Positions 19,126 through 27,933 of a DNA stretch of 32,000 nt are shown piece by piece. Each line of letters begins with the position of its first letter. Within the stretch, counting starts at the first letter, position 1. The notes beneath the pieces were generated by a model that did no database searches, was not told the DNA's origin, and saw nothing but the letters and a program-made list of their open reading frames with translations. Source of the DNA: Methanothermobacter thermautotrophicus str. Delta H (lineage in GTDB: Archaea > Methanobacteriota > Methanobacteria > Methanobacteriales > Methanothermobacteraceae). The position numbers and the translations under genes were made by a program. The stretch covers positions 600,001 through 632,000 of the forward strand of contig NC_000916.1 of NCBI RefSeq assembly GCF_000008645.1, written 5' to 3'.

Positions 19126-20238
19126 ATGAGGTTCATAACACTCGTTCTGAAGAATCCATTCAGAAGCCGTGCAAGGAGTCTCCTTGCAATTACAGGTATT
19201 GCAATAGGGATTGCAACCATAGTAACCCTTGGCGTTATAACAGAGGGTCTGAAGACGTCCACAGAGGACACACTGAAGGCCGGAGGCGCTGACTTCACCA
19301 TAGTGGAGTCCAATGTCTCGGACATGTTCTTTAGCAAGATAGATGAGGAATACGTTGATAGGGTCAGGAATGTGAGCGGGGTGGAGGACGCTGTGGGGAT
19401 CCTCATGGCGGTCCAGCCGCTGGATGACAACCCCTACTTCGTTTTAATAGGTATAGACCCTGCGAAGATCAATATGAGCCAGATAAAGATAACAGAGGGG
19501 AGAACACTCCAGGACCCTGATGCAGATGAGGTCATAATGGGCAAGGTTGCATCTGAGAACCATGGAAAGAAAGTCGGTGACACCATAAAGATAAAGAACC
19601 GTGAGTACAGGGTCGTGGGCATATTCGAGTCAGGTGATATGCAGCAGGACTCAGGTGCGTTCATCTCACTTAAGAAACTCCAGAGGATAGAGGATAAGGA
19701 GGGCAAGCTCACCATGATATATGTGAAAATGACCCGAAATTCAGCTGTGGAGGATGTCACCGATAGAATCGAGAAGAGGTACAGTGACCTCACAACCATA
19801 GCCTCCCTGGAGGACCTCCAGAGCGTCGACCAGGGACTTCAGACCATCGACACTGCTACATGGGCCATTTCACTCCTCGCCATAATAATAGGAGGTATAG
19901 GAGTAATAAATACCATGATAATGTCCGTTTTTGAGAGGACAAGGGAGATCGGAGTTCTCAAGGCTGTTGGCTGGAGGGACAGGAGGATACTCGCCATGAT
20001 CCTTGGAGAATCTGTGGTCCTCACCGCCATTGCGGGTGCTGCTGGTTCAGTGCTCGGAGTCGCAGCGATACAGGTCCTCCTCGCCCTCGGGATGAAGGGA
20101 TTCATAGAGCCAGTCTACAGTCCTGAAATCTTCATGAGGGCCTTTGCGGTGGCATTCACAGTGGGTATACTAGGAGGGCTCTACCCTGCCTACCGGGCCT
20201 CAAGGCTTGCCCCCACCGAGGCCCTCAGGTACGAGTAG
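19126..20238 (+). CDS. ABC transporter permease, FtsX/MacB type
   Basis: 370-aa ORF. N-terminal TM helix, then a large extracytoplasmic domain, then a C-terminal FtsX-like three-TM bundle (REIGVLKAVGWRDRRILAMILGES...). Confidence 0.88.
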   Translation: MRFITLVLKNPFRSRARSLLAITGIAIGIATIVTLGVITEGLKTSTEDTLKAGGADFTIVESNVSDMFFSKIDEEYVDRVRNVSGVEDAVGILMAVQPLDDNPYFVLIGIDPAKINMSQIKITEGRTLQDPDADEVIMGKVASENHGKKVGDTIKIKNREYRVVGIFESGDMQQDSGAFISLKKLQRIEDKEGKLTMIYVKMTRNSAVEDVTDRIEKRYSDLTTIASLEDLQSVDQGLQTIDTATWAISLLAIIIGGIGVINTMIMSVFERTREIGVLKAVGWRDRRILAMILGESVVLTAIAGAAGSVLGVAAIQVLLALGMKGFIEPVYSPEIFMRAFAVAFTVGILGGLYPAYRASRLAPTEALRYE

Positions 20239-20246
20239 GTGATAGC

Positions 20247-20909
20247 ATGAAGGCCATAGAAGTCAGGGACCTCAGAAAGAGTTTTGATAGCGGGAGGATA
20301 AGGGCCCTTAACGGGGTCAACCTTGAGGTCGATGGTGGAGAGTTCATATCAATAATGGGACCATCAGGTTCCGGTAAATCAACCCTCCTTAACATGATAG
20401 GCGCCCTTGACGTTCCTGACTCCGGCACGATCTGTGTAGCCGGCAGGGACCTCTCAAGGGAAAGGGATCTTAGCCGGCTGAGGGCCGAGGAGATAGGTTT
20501 CGTGTTCCAGCTGCACAACCTCATACCCAACCTTACGGCCCTTGAGAACGTGGAGATACCCATGTTTGCGGTTAAACATGAGAACATGGAGGAACGTGCC
20601 ATGGAGCTCCTTGAATATGTTGATCTCGCTGATAAGGCCCACAGGAAGCCCACGGAACTATCTGGTGGTGAACGCCAGAGGGTTGCCATTGCACGTGCCC
20701 TCGCCAATGATCCATCCATAATACTTGCAGATGAGCCAACAGGGTCCCTTGATTCAAGGACCAGCCAGAGAGTCCTCAGAAAGCTGAGGGAGCTCCAGGA
20801 GGACGAGGGGGTGACCCTGGTTGTTGTGACCCATGAACCAGACGTGGCTGCCATGGCCTCAAGGACCATCAGGATACTGGATGGCGTTATTGTGGACGAC
20901 GGGTATTGA
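20247..20909 (+). CDS. ABC transporter ATP-binding protein (MacB/LolD-like)
   Basis: Walker A GPSGSGKST, signature LSGGERQRVAIARAL, Walker B IILADEPTGSLD. Confidence 0.95.
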   Translation: MKAIEVRDLRKSFDSGRIRALNGVNLEVDGGEFISIMGPSGSGKSTLLNMIGALDVPDSGTICVAGRDLSRERDLSRLRAEEIGFVFQLHNLIPNLTALENVEIPMFAVKHENMEERAMELLEYVDLADKAHRKPTELSGGERQRVAIARALANDPSIILADEPTGSLDSRTSQRVLRKLRELQEDEGVTLVVVTHEPDVAAMASRTIRILDGVIVDDGY

Positions 20910-21049
20910 ATACCTGCCCTGGACCTCTGTTGAGGGGGCAGATACCTCTTTCTTCTGAAGCCCCATCACCTGTAATAACAGGCCTCATGCAGTAGCTGAT
21001 CACACCAACACCCAAATTTTGATTAATAACTTCCAACATAGTACTGTAC

Positions 21050-21622
21050 ATGACAGAAAAACTCAGCGTGGCCTGGTGCATAACCGGGGCCGGGGAGAAA
21101 CTGACGGAAACCTACGCCATAATGAAGGATGTTAAGAAGATATACGGGGACCGTGTTAAAATAGACGTCTTCATATCGAAGGCAGGGGACCAGGTTGTGA
21201 AGTACTATGGACTCTACAGGGACCTGGAGACAAGCTTTGACAGGAAATGGGTTGAAATAAACGCAAATTCGCCATTCCTTGCAGGTCAGGTCCAGCTGGG
21301 AAAGTATGACTTCATACTTGTTGCGCCGTGCACATCCAACAGCACCGCCAAGATATCCCTGAGGATAGGGGATACACTCGTGACCAACGCCGTTATAATG
21401 GCACAGAAGGCCTCAGTACCTGTCTACATCATGCCATCTGACTACAGTGAGGGGAAGGTAGTAACAACACTCCCCAACGGTAAAAAACTGGAACTGCGGA
21501 TAACAAAGGAGGATGTTGAGCACGTGAAGAAGATATCAAAGATGGATAGGACAGAGGTCTTCAGTGACCCACAGAAGATATACAAGATATTTGAGGAGTG
21601 GACATACCCCAAGGATCAGTAG
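21050..21622 (+). CDS. afpA: Archaeoflavoprotein (AfpA-like, PF02441 flavoprotein family)
   Basis: 190-aa ORF with VAWCITGAGEKL near the N-terminus and VAPCTSNSTAKI, typical of HFCD/AfpA-type FMN proteins. Confidence 0.7.
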   Translation: MTEKLSVAWCITGAGEKLTETYAIMKDVKKIYGDRVKIDVFISKAGDQVVKYYGLYRDLETSFDRKWVEINANSPFLAGQVQLGKYDFILVAPCTSNSTAKISLRIGDTLVTNAVIMAQKASVPVYIMPSDYSEGKVVTTLPNGKKLELRITKEDVEHVKKISKMDRTEVFSDPQKIYKIFEEWTYPKDQ

Positions 21623-21639
21623 GTTCCTGAATTTAGAGA

Positions 21640-21667
21640 CCCTCACCCAAAAAAATAAAAATGAGGG
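21640..21667. terminator. Hairpin CCCTCA-(16 nt A-rich loop)-TGAGGG between convergent genes
   Basis: 6-bp inverted repeat with an A7-containing loop (T7 on the minus strand), immediately after the stop of the minus-strand gene (21669) and 18 nt after the afpA stop. Confidence 0.4.
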
Positions 21668-21668
21668 A

Positions 21669-21995
21669 TTATTCCTGCAGTTCCTGGATGGTCACACCGT
21701 AGGTGTAGACCGTCATACCTTCCTCTTCCATCTGACTGAAGGGTGCTGTGCCCTTGAAGTAGGCCCTTATCTCACCAGTATCTGCAATGTCCATTGTGAG
21801 TGGTTCCATATCCGTCATTGACTCAAAGAAGGCCATGGCAGCGTCTATGTCCCCCTTATCCGGACTTTCAAATGTTATTGACAGTGTGCCCTTCTGTTTC
21901 TCCTTCATCCTCACCCGGGTCTGATTTATTTCAAAAACATTCTCCCCTCTGTTCCTGTTCCCGCTCTCCTTAACAAAAACAACTTTGTCGGACAT
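21669..21995 (-). CDS. Hypothetical small protein (108 aa), no family recognised
   Basis: ATG 21995 with SD GGTGGT 6 nt upstream (MSDKVVFVKESGNRNRGENVFEINQ...). The longer track ORF (to 22259) only adds a translated tandem repeat. Confidence 0.65.
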   Translation of the reverse strand: MSDKVVFVKESGNRNRGENVFEINQTRVRMKEKQKGTLSITFESPDKGDIDAAMAFFESMTDMEPLTMDIADTGEIRAYFKGTAPFSQMEEEGMTVYTYGVTIQELQE

Positions 21996-22113
21996 TATAC
22001 AACCACCATAATAATATTGGCTGTTCTGTTTAATATATGTGGTGTTCAGTGAACATAAAACATAACTCTGCGGTGTCTGGAGGACAGTCATGGGCATGAA
22101 GACCCAATACCCC

Positions 22114-22275
22114 ATGAAAATAGGACATATGTCCACCGGACCCCAGCGTATCTCAGGGATAAAAAAACAGCTGAAGAACAATGAACATAGGACACATGTC
22201 CACGGTGCCCCAGCGTATCTCAGGGATGAAGAACAGCTGAAGAATAATGAACATGACATATGTCCACGGTGCCCC
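22114..22275. repeat. Intergenic tandem repeat, about 2.5 copies of a 66-67-bp unit, each with a GGACA(T/C)ATGTCC palindrome
   Basis: Units at 22114-22180, 22181-22246 and 22247-~22275. By manual alignment, the first two differ at a handful of positions plus one 1-nt indel. The shared core is ATGAACATAGGACACATGTCCACGGTGCCCCAGCGTATCTCAGGGAT..ACAGCTGAAGAA. Confidence 0.9.
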
Positions 22276-22281
22276 CCCCCC
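22272..22281. repeat. C10 homopolymer tract terminating the tandem repeat
   Basis: Ten consecutive C read directly from the sequence, in an intergenic position. Confidence 0.9.
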
Positions 22282-22376
22282 TGAACATAGAACCTTCAGG
22301 GCCCAGCCAGTGATGTCAACTGAAAAGAGAGACTGAAGGACGAACCCTCCAGCTTCAAAAAAATGTGAATATTCCA

Positions 22377-22859
22377 CTAAAACTTGTAACCTATAACACG
22401 GAGGAATTTCTTCCTTGCAGCTATATCCTCATCACCCTCTATCTCCCCGGGACTGTTACCATCAATGACGCCCAGAATACCCCTTCCCTGATCCGTCTCT
22501 GCTATGATAACCTCAACTGGATTCGCTGTTGCACAGTAGATATTGACAACCTCCGGGACGTCCTTTATGCGCTGTAGGACGTTTATCGGGAATGCATCCT
22601 TCAGGAACACTATGAAGGAGTGTCCTGCTGCAATCTCAAGCATGGTCTCTGCAGCCAGTTCCTCGAGCTCCTCATCATTTCCCGCGCGCCTCACCAGGCA
22701 GTCCCCTGATGCCTCAGCAAATGCGATCCCAAATTTCGCCTGGGGAACCGTGTTCACAATTGCCTCATAGATGTCCTCGACCGTCTTTATGAAGTGGCTC
22801 TGTCCCAGTATGAGGTTGATATCCTCCCAGGACTCTATCTTAACCTTCTTTAACTCCAT
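22377..22859 (-). CDS. PF04008-type protein (adenosine-specific kinase family)
   Basis: ATG 22859 ([34 protein letters not shown]...) with SD GGAGGG upstream. The track start at 22883 is also an ATG. Family recognised from the [11 protein letters not shown] / FGIAF.EASG pattern. Confidence 0.8.
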   Translation of the reverse strand: MELKKVKIESWEDINLILGQSHFIKTVEDIYEAIVNTVPQAKFGIAFAEASGDCLVRRAGNDEELEELAAETMLEIAAGHSFIVFLKDAFPINVLQRIKDVPEVVNIYCATANPVEVIIAETDQGRGILGVIDGNSPGEIEGDEDIAARKKFLRVIGYKF

Positions 22860-22993
22860 TGGAAAGACCCTCCCTAGATACATATTTAATTATGTGGAAC
22901 TTAAACATTTAAGATGAGAAACTTTATTAAGGGAAGAGACATTTATCATTAATAATCATTATTAATTTTTCCTGACGCTGATGAGGTGTAATC

Positions 22994-23542
22994 ATGAAAG
23001 AGAAAAGCAAGGAGATAGGTTCCCGTGTAAGGGAACTCAGGGAACTCTCAGAAATCACGGAAGAAGAGATGGCCGATTACCTGAAAATCGACGTTGAAAC
23101 GTACCGCCGCTATGAGACAGGAGAGGATGATATCCCTGCAAGCATACTCTTCGAGATAGCCCACAGGCTGGGTGTGGACATGGGACTGCTCCTCACAGGA
23201 GAGGAGACCCGTATGCACATCTTCACCGTAACCAGGAAGGGCAAGGGTGTGGAGGTTGAAAGAAGAAAACAGTACCGCTATGAGAACCTTGCAGAGAAGT
23301 TCATACACAAGAAGGCTGAACCCTTCATAGTCACAGTCGAACCCCGGGAGGAGAAACCAAAAACCAACAGCCACCCTGGCCAGGAATTCAACTACGTCCT
23401 TGAGGGGCGCATAAAGTTCTACATACACGACAATGAGATAATACTCAACGAAGGGGACTCCATATTCTTTGACTCATCCTATGAACACGCCATGGAGGCC
23501 CTGGACGGCAAAAAGGCAAGGTTCCTGGCAATAATAATGTAG
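22994..23542 (+). CDS. XRE-family HTH + cupin-domain transcriptional regulator
   Basis: 182-aa ORF with SD GAGGTG 6 nt upstream. N-terminal HTH ([36 protein letters not shown]) and C-terminal cupin ([18 protein letters not shown]...[14 protein letters not shown]). Confidence 0.85.
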   Translation: MKEKSKEIGSRVRELRELSEITEEEMADYLKIDVETYRRYETGEDDIPASILFEIAHRLGVDMGLLLTGEETRMHIFTVTRKGKGVEVERRKQYRYENLAEKFIHKKAEPFIVTVEPREEKPKTNSHPGQEFNYVLEGRIKFYIHDNEIILNEGDSIFFDSSYEHAMEALDGKKARFLAIIM

Positions 23543-23552
23543 AGGTGTACCT

Positions 23553-25232
23553 ATGACTGCTCTCATCAACGAATTCGTGAACCGTGTTGAATTTGATTCA
23601 TACGAGGATTTCCGTGACAACTTCAGAATAAATGTCCCCGAAAACTTCAACTTCGCATACGATGTGGTTGACAGATACGCTGAAATTGAACCTGATAAGG
23701 TGGCCCTGGTCTGGTGCAACGACCATGGCGAGGAGAAAAGGATAACCTTCGGTGAACTCCGGGACCTATCCAGCAGGGCCGCGAATTTCTTCACCAAGGA
23801 GGGTATACAGAAGGGTGACACAGTCATGCTGACCCTCAAGGCAAGGTATGACTTCTGGTACGCCCTCCTGGGGCTCCACAGGATAGGGGCCATAGCAATC
23901 CCGGCCACACACATGCTCAAGGAGAAGGACATCGTCTACCGTATAAGGGAGGCGGACATAAAGATGGTTGTCTGCATAGCAGAGGACGGTGTCCCTGAAG
24001 TATTTGAGGGAGCCATCGCTGAACTGGGCTCAGATACCCGGAGGGTCCTGGTTGGTGACACTGATAGGGACGGCTGGATAAATCTCAGAAAAGAAATCAT
24101 GAAACTTCCAGCCGACTTCGAAAGGCCAGAGGCCTGTGCCGGTGGGGATGACACCCTCATCGTCTACTTCTCATCGGGCACAACAGGAATGCCCAAGATG
24201 ATAGAACACGACCACACCTATCCCCTGGGCCATATAATAACAGCGAAGTACTGGCAGAACGTCAGGGAGGACGGCCTCCACTACACGGTTGCAGACACCG
24301 GCTGGGCAAAGGCCATGTGGGGTCAGATCTACGGTCAGTGGATAGCTGGAAGCGCTGTCTTCGTCTATGACTATGACCGCTTTGACCCTGAGAAGATGCT
24401 GGAGAAACTTGAAAAATACGAGATAACCACATTCTGCGCCCCTCCAACGATATACAGGTTTCTCATAAAGGAGGACCTGTCAAGATATGACCTCTCAGGA
24501 ATCGAATATGCTGTTACAGCTGGGGAGCCCCTGAACCCCGAGGTATTTGAGAGGTTCCGGGAACACACCGGCCTCCAGCTAATGGAGGGATTCGGGCAGA
24601 CAGAATGCGTTGTGTGCATAGCAAACTTCCCGTGGATGGAGCCAAAACCTGGTTCAATGGGCAAGCCATCCCCCGGCTACCCTGTTGAACTGGTGGACAG
24701 GAACGGTGACCCTGTGGACGTCGGTGAGGAGGGTGAGATAGTCATAAGAACCGCTGAGGGCAAACCCCTCGGTCTCTTCAACGGATACTACAGGAACCCT
24801 GAGAAGACCTCAGAGGTATGGCACGACTGATACTACCACACAGGGGACACCGCCTGGATGGATGAAGACGGCTACATGTGGTTCGTTGGGAGAACAGATG
24901 ACATCATAAAGAGTTCCGGTTACCGTATAGGGCCCTTCGAGGTTGAAAGTGCCATCATATCCCACCCATCGGTCCTGGAGTGTGCAGTAACAGGATACCC
25001 TGACCCCATAAGGGGACAGGTTGTGAAGGCCACCATCGTCCTTGCCAGGGGCTATGAACCCTCAGAGGAGCTGAAAAAGGAGATCCAGGACCATGTTAAG
25101 CGTGTGACCGCGCCCTACAAGTACCCGAGGATAGTTGAATTCGTTGATGAGCTGCCCAAGACCATAAGCGGTAAGATAAGGCGTGTCGAGATCCGTGAAC
25201 ATGACCTTGAAGGAGACGGTGAAAACCCATGA
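23553..25232 (+). pseudogene. AMP-forming acyl-CoA synthetase (medium/branched-chain type) interrupted by one in-frame TGA
   Basis: Track ORFs 23553-24830 and 24858-25232 are in the same frame. The sequence reads ...[36 protein letters not shown], so the stop (24828-24830) replaces the invariant Gly of the W-x-D-G-(W/Y)-Y-H-T-G-D motif. AMP-binding motif [11 protein letters not shown] is present. Confidence 0.85.
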
Positions 25233-25468
25233 AGAAGGCCTATCCTGTAATAAACAGTGTGGAGTGCAAGGCATGTGAACGCTGCATAATCGCATGCCCC
25301 AGGAAGGTCCTCCAGATGAGCAGCAAAATCAATGAGAGGGGCTATCACTACGTTGAGTACCGGGGAGAGGGGTGCAATGGATGCGGAAACTGCTACTACA
25401 CCTGCCCCGAGATAAACGCCATTGAGGTCCACATAGAGAGGTGTGAAGATGGCAACACAGATGGTTAA
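25229..25468 (+). CDS. vorC: 2-oxoisovalerate:ferredoxin oxidoreductase small ferredoxin-type (delta-like) subunit
   Basis: 79-aa ORF with two CxxCxxCxxxCP clusters ([24 protein letters not shown]). Its ATG overlaps the acyl-CoA synthetase stop (ATGA). Confidence 0.85.
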
Positions 25469-26507
25469 GGGAAACACTGCGGTGATAATAGGGGCAATGT
25501 ATGCTGGCTGCGACTGCTACTTCGGCTACCCCATAACACCGGCAAGTGAGATACTCCATGAGGCTTCAAGGTACTTCCCAATGGTGGGAAGGAAATTCGT
25601 GCAGGCAGAATCAGAGGAGGCAGCCATAAACATGGTATACGGTGCAGCCGCAGCAGGGCACAGGGTAATGACAGCATCATCAGGGCCCGGCATAAGTCTG
25701 AAACAGGAGGGGATCTCCTTCCTTGCCGGTGCAGAGCTCCCTGCAGTCATAGTGGATGTGATGAGGGCCGGTCCGGGTCTCGGAAATATTGGACCGGAGC
25801 AGGGAGACTACAACCAGATTGTGAAGGGCGGAGGGCACGGAAACTACCGTAACATGGTACTGGCACCCAGCAGCGTCCAGGAGATGTGCGACCTCACAAT
25901 GGAGGCCTTTGAACTGGCAGATAAGTACAGGAACCCTGTGGTTGTCCTCACAGATGCCGTGCTCGGTCAGATGGCTGAACCACTGCGCTTCCCGGAGGAG
26001 GCAGTTGAGCACAGACCAGACACCTCATGGGCTGTCTGCGGTAACAGGGAGACAATGAAAAACCTTGTAACCTCAATATTCCTTGACTTTGATGAGCTTG
26101 AGGAGTTCAACTTCTACCTCCAGGAGAAGTATGCCAGGATAGAGGAGAACGAGGTGAGATACGAGGAGTATCTGGTGGATGATGCAGAGATCGTCATGGT
26201 GGCCTATGGTATAAGCAGCAGGGTGGCCAGGAGCGCCGTTGAAACTGCGAGGGCAGAGGGTATAAATGTGGGCCTCCTCAGACCCATAACACTCTTCCCG
26301 TTCCCATCAGACAGAATCCGTGAACTTGCAGATGGTGGCTGCAGGTTCATATCAGTTGAGATGAGCAGCGGACAGATGAGGGAGGATATAAGGATGGCCT
26401 CAGGCTGCAGGGACGTTGAACTCGTTAACAGGATGGGTGGAAACCTTATAGAACTCAGGGATGTTCTTGAGAAGATCAGAGAAGTTGCGGGGGATTCCAG
26501 TGACTAA
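25449..26507 (+). CDS. vorB: 2-oxoisovalerate:ferredoxin oxidoreductase alpha-type subunit
   Basis: [35 protein letters not shown] is the typical OFOR alpha N-terminus. ATG 25449 has SD GAGAGGTG upstream (the track uses GTG 25443). Overlaps the vorC 3' end. Confidence 0.88.
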
Positions 26508-27933
26508 GAAGGTGATCAGAAAGCCGGATTCACTCCACGATGTATTTGAGAGGAAGGGTGGAAGCGCACCCACAGCAACACACTACTGTGCAGGATGCGG
26601 GCACGGTATACTGCACAAGCTGATAGGGGAAGCCATGGATGAACTCGGGATACAGGAAAGGGCCGTCATGATAAGTCCGGTGGGCTGCGCGGTATTCGCC
26701 TACTACTACTTTGACTGTGGAAACGTCCAGGTGGCCCATGGCCGCGCCCCTGCCGTTGGAACAGGGATATCCCGTGCAGAGGACGACGCGGTTGTCATAC
26801 TCTACCAGGGCGACGGGGACCTTGCATCAATCGGCCTCAACGAGACCATACAGGCAGCCAACCGCGGGGAGAAACTTGCGGTGTTCTTCGTAAACAACAC
26901 CGTCTACGGTATGACCGGAGGCCAGATGGCACCAACAACCCTTGTAGGTGAGGTGACTGTCACCTGCCCCACCGGCAGGGATCCCAGGTACGCAGGTTAC
27001 CCCCTCCACATGTGCGAACTTCTGGACAACCTTCAGGCCCCTGTATTCATAGAACGGGTGTCACTGGCAGACCCCAAGCGGATAAGAAGGGCAAGAAGGG
27101 CCATTAAAAGGGCACTGGAGATCCAGAGAGATGGTAAAGGATACGCATTCGTTGAGGTACTGTCTCCCTGCCCCACAAATCTCAGACAGGACGCTGAAGG
27201 TGCAGAAAGGTTCCTCAAGGAGGAGATGGAGAAGGAATTCCCTGTAAAGAACTTCAGGGACCGTTCAGCCGAAACAGAGCCGCTGATAAGGTCAGAGAGT
27301 GACTTCTCTAGGGAGAGTCTTGACAGGATATTCCAGATCAGGGAGGACTCCGTCCCGGACCCTGTGGATGACCCTGAATTCCCTGAGGTGAGGGTGAAGA
27401 TTGCAGGTTTCGGTGGTCAGGGCGTCCTGAGCATGGGACTGACACTCGCCCAGGCAGCCTGCAGCGAGGGCAGACACACATCCTGGTACCCTGCCTATGG
27501 CCCCGAACAGAGGGGGGGCACCTCAAGCTGCGGCGTTGTTATATCCGGTGAAAGGGTGGGTTCACCTGCAGTTGACACACCCGACGTCCTGGTGGCCCTC
27601 AACCAGCCATCACTCGATGAATTCGCAGATGACGTGGCCGATGGGGGAATCATACTCTATGACTCCACAACAGCCAGCTTCAGTGGTGGTGCCGTGAGGG
27701 CCATGGGTGTGCCCGCCCTTGAGATCGCAAGGAAACATGGAACAGCAAGGGCCGCCAACACGGTCATGCTGGGGGTTATGATGGCCCTCGGACTCACAGG
27801 CCTTGATGAGGAATCATTCAGGGAGGCCATAAAATTCACCTTCGCAGGTAAGGAAAAGATCATAGATATGAACCTGAGGATCCTTGAGGCAGGTGCAGAG
27901 TGGGCAAGAGAAAACATTGAGGGGGAATTATAA
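26500..27933 (+). CDS. vorA: 2-oxoisovalerate:ferredoxin oxidoreductase beta-gamma fusion subunit
   Basis: GTG 26500 overlaps the vorB stop (GTGACTAA). The N-terminal half is the TPP-binding beta type (YCAGCGHG...GDGD...), and the C-terminal half is gamma type ([14 protein letters not shown]). The delta / alpha / beta-gamma three-subunit layout matches what I recall for Methanothermobacter VOR. Confidence 0.88.
   Translation: MTKKVIRKPDSLHDVFERKGGSAPTATHYCAGCGHGILHKLIGEAMDELGIQERAVMISPVGCAVFAYYYFDCGNVQVAHGRAPAVGTGISRAEDDAVVILYQGDGDLASIGLNETIQAANRGEKLAVFFVNNTVYGMTGGQMAPTTLVGEVTVTCPTGRDPRYAGYPLHMCELLDNLQAPVFIERVSLADPKRIRRARRAIKRALEIQRDGKGYAFVEVLSPCPTNLRQDAEGAERFLKEEMEKEFPVKNFRDRSAETEPLIRSESDFSRESLDRIFQIREDSVPDPVDDPEFPEVRVKIAGFGGQGVLSMGLTLAQAACSEGRHTSWYPAYGPEQRGGTSSCGVVISGERVGSPAVDTPDVLVALNQPSLDEFADDVADGGIILYDSTTASFSGGAVRAMGVPALEIARKHGTARAANTVMLGVMMALGLTGLDEESFREAIKFTFAGKEKIIDMNLRILEAGAEWARENIEGEL

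Noticed and set aside
20225-20869. 214-aa minus-strand ORF
   Set aside because: Antisense to the ABC ATPase gene, which carries Walker A, signature and Walker B motifs. Its Ser/Arg/Leu-rich translation is typical of a reverse-frame artefact.
22114-22281. Possible mini-CRISPR array
   Set aside because: The repeat units are directly adjacent with no unique spacers, the unit length (~66 bp) is wrong, and no cas genes are nearby.
21996-22377. Coding potential of the repeat region (N-terminal part of the 196-aa ORF 21669-22259, and the 74-aa ORF 22153-22377)
   Set aside because: The translations are just the tandem repeat read through (LQLFFIPEIRWG.VD.CP.F twice), Cys/Phe-rich and without an RBS. 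A good SD plus ATG at 21995 defines the real gene start.
24828-24830. TGA as selenocysteine (or other recoding) in the acyl-CoA synthetase
   Set aside because: The aligned position is an invariant Gly, not Cys. I see no obvious stable hairpin immediately downstream. To my knowledge, Methanobacteriales such as Methanothermobacter lack the Sec machinery. A nonsense mutation or sequencing error is more parsimonious.
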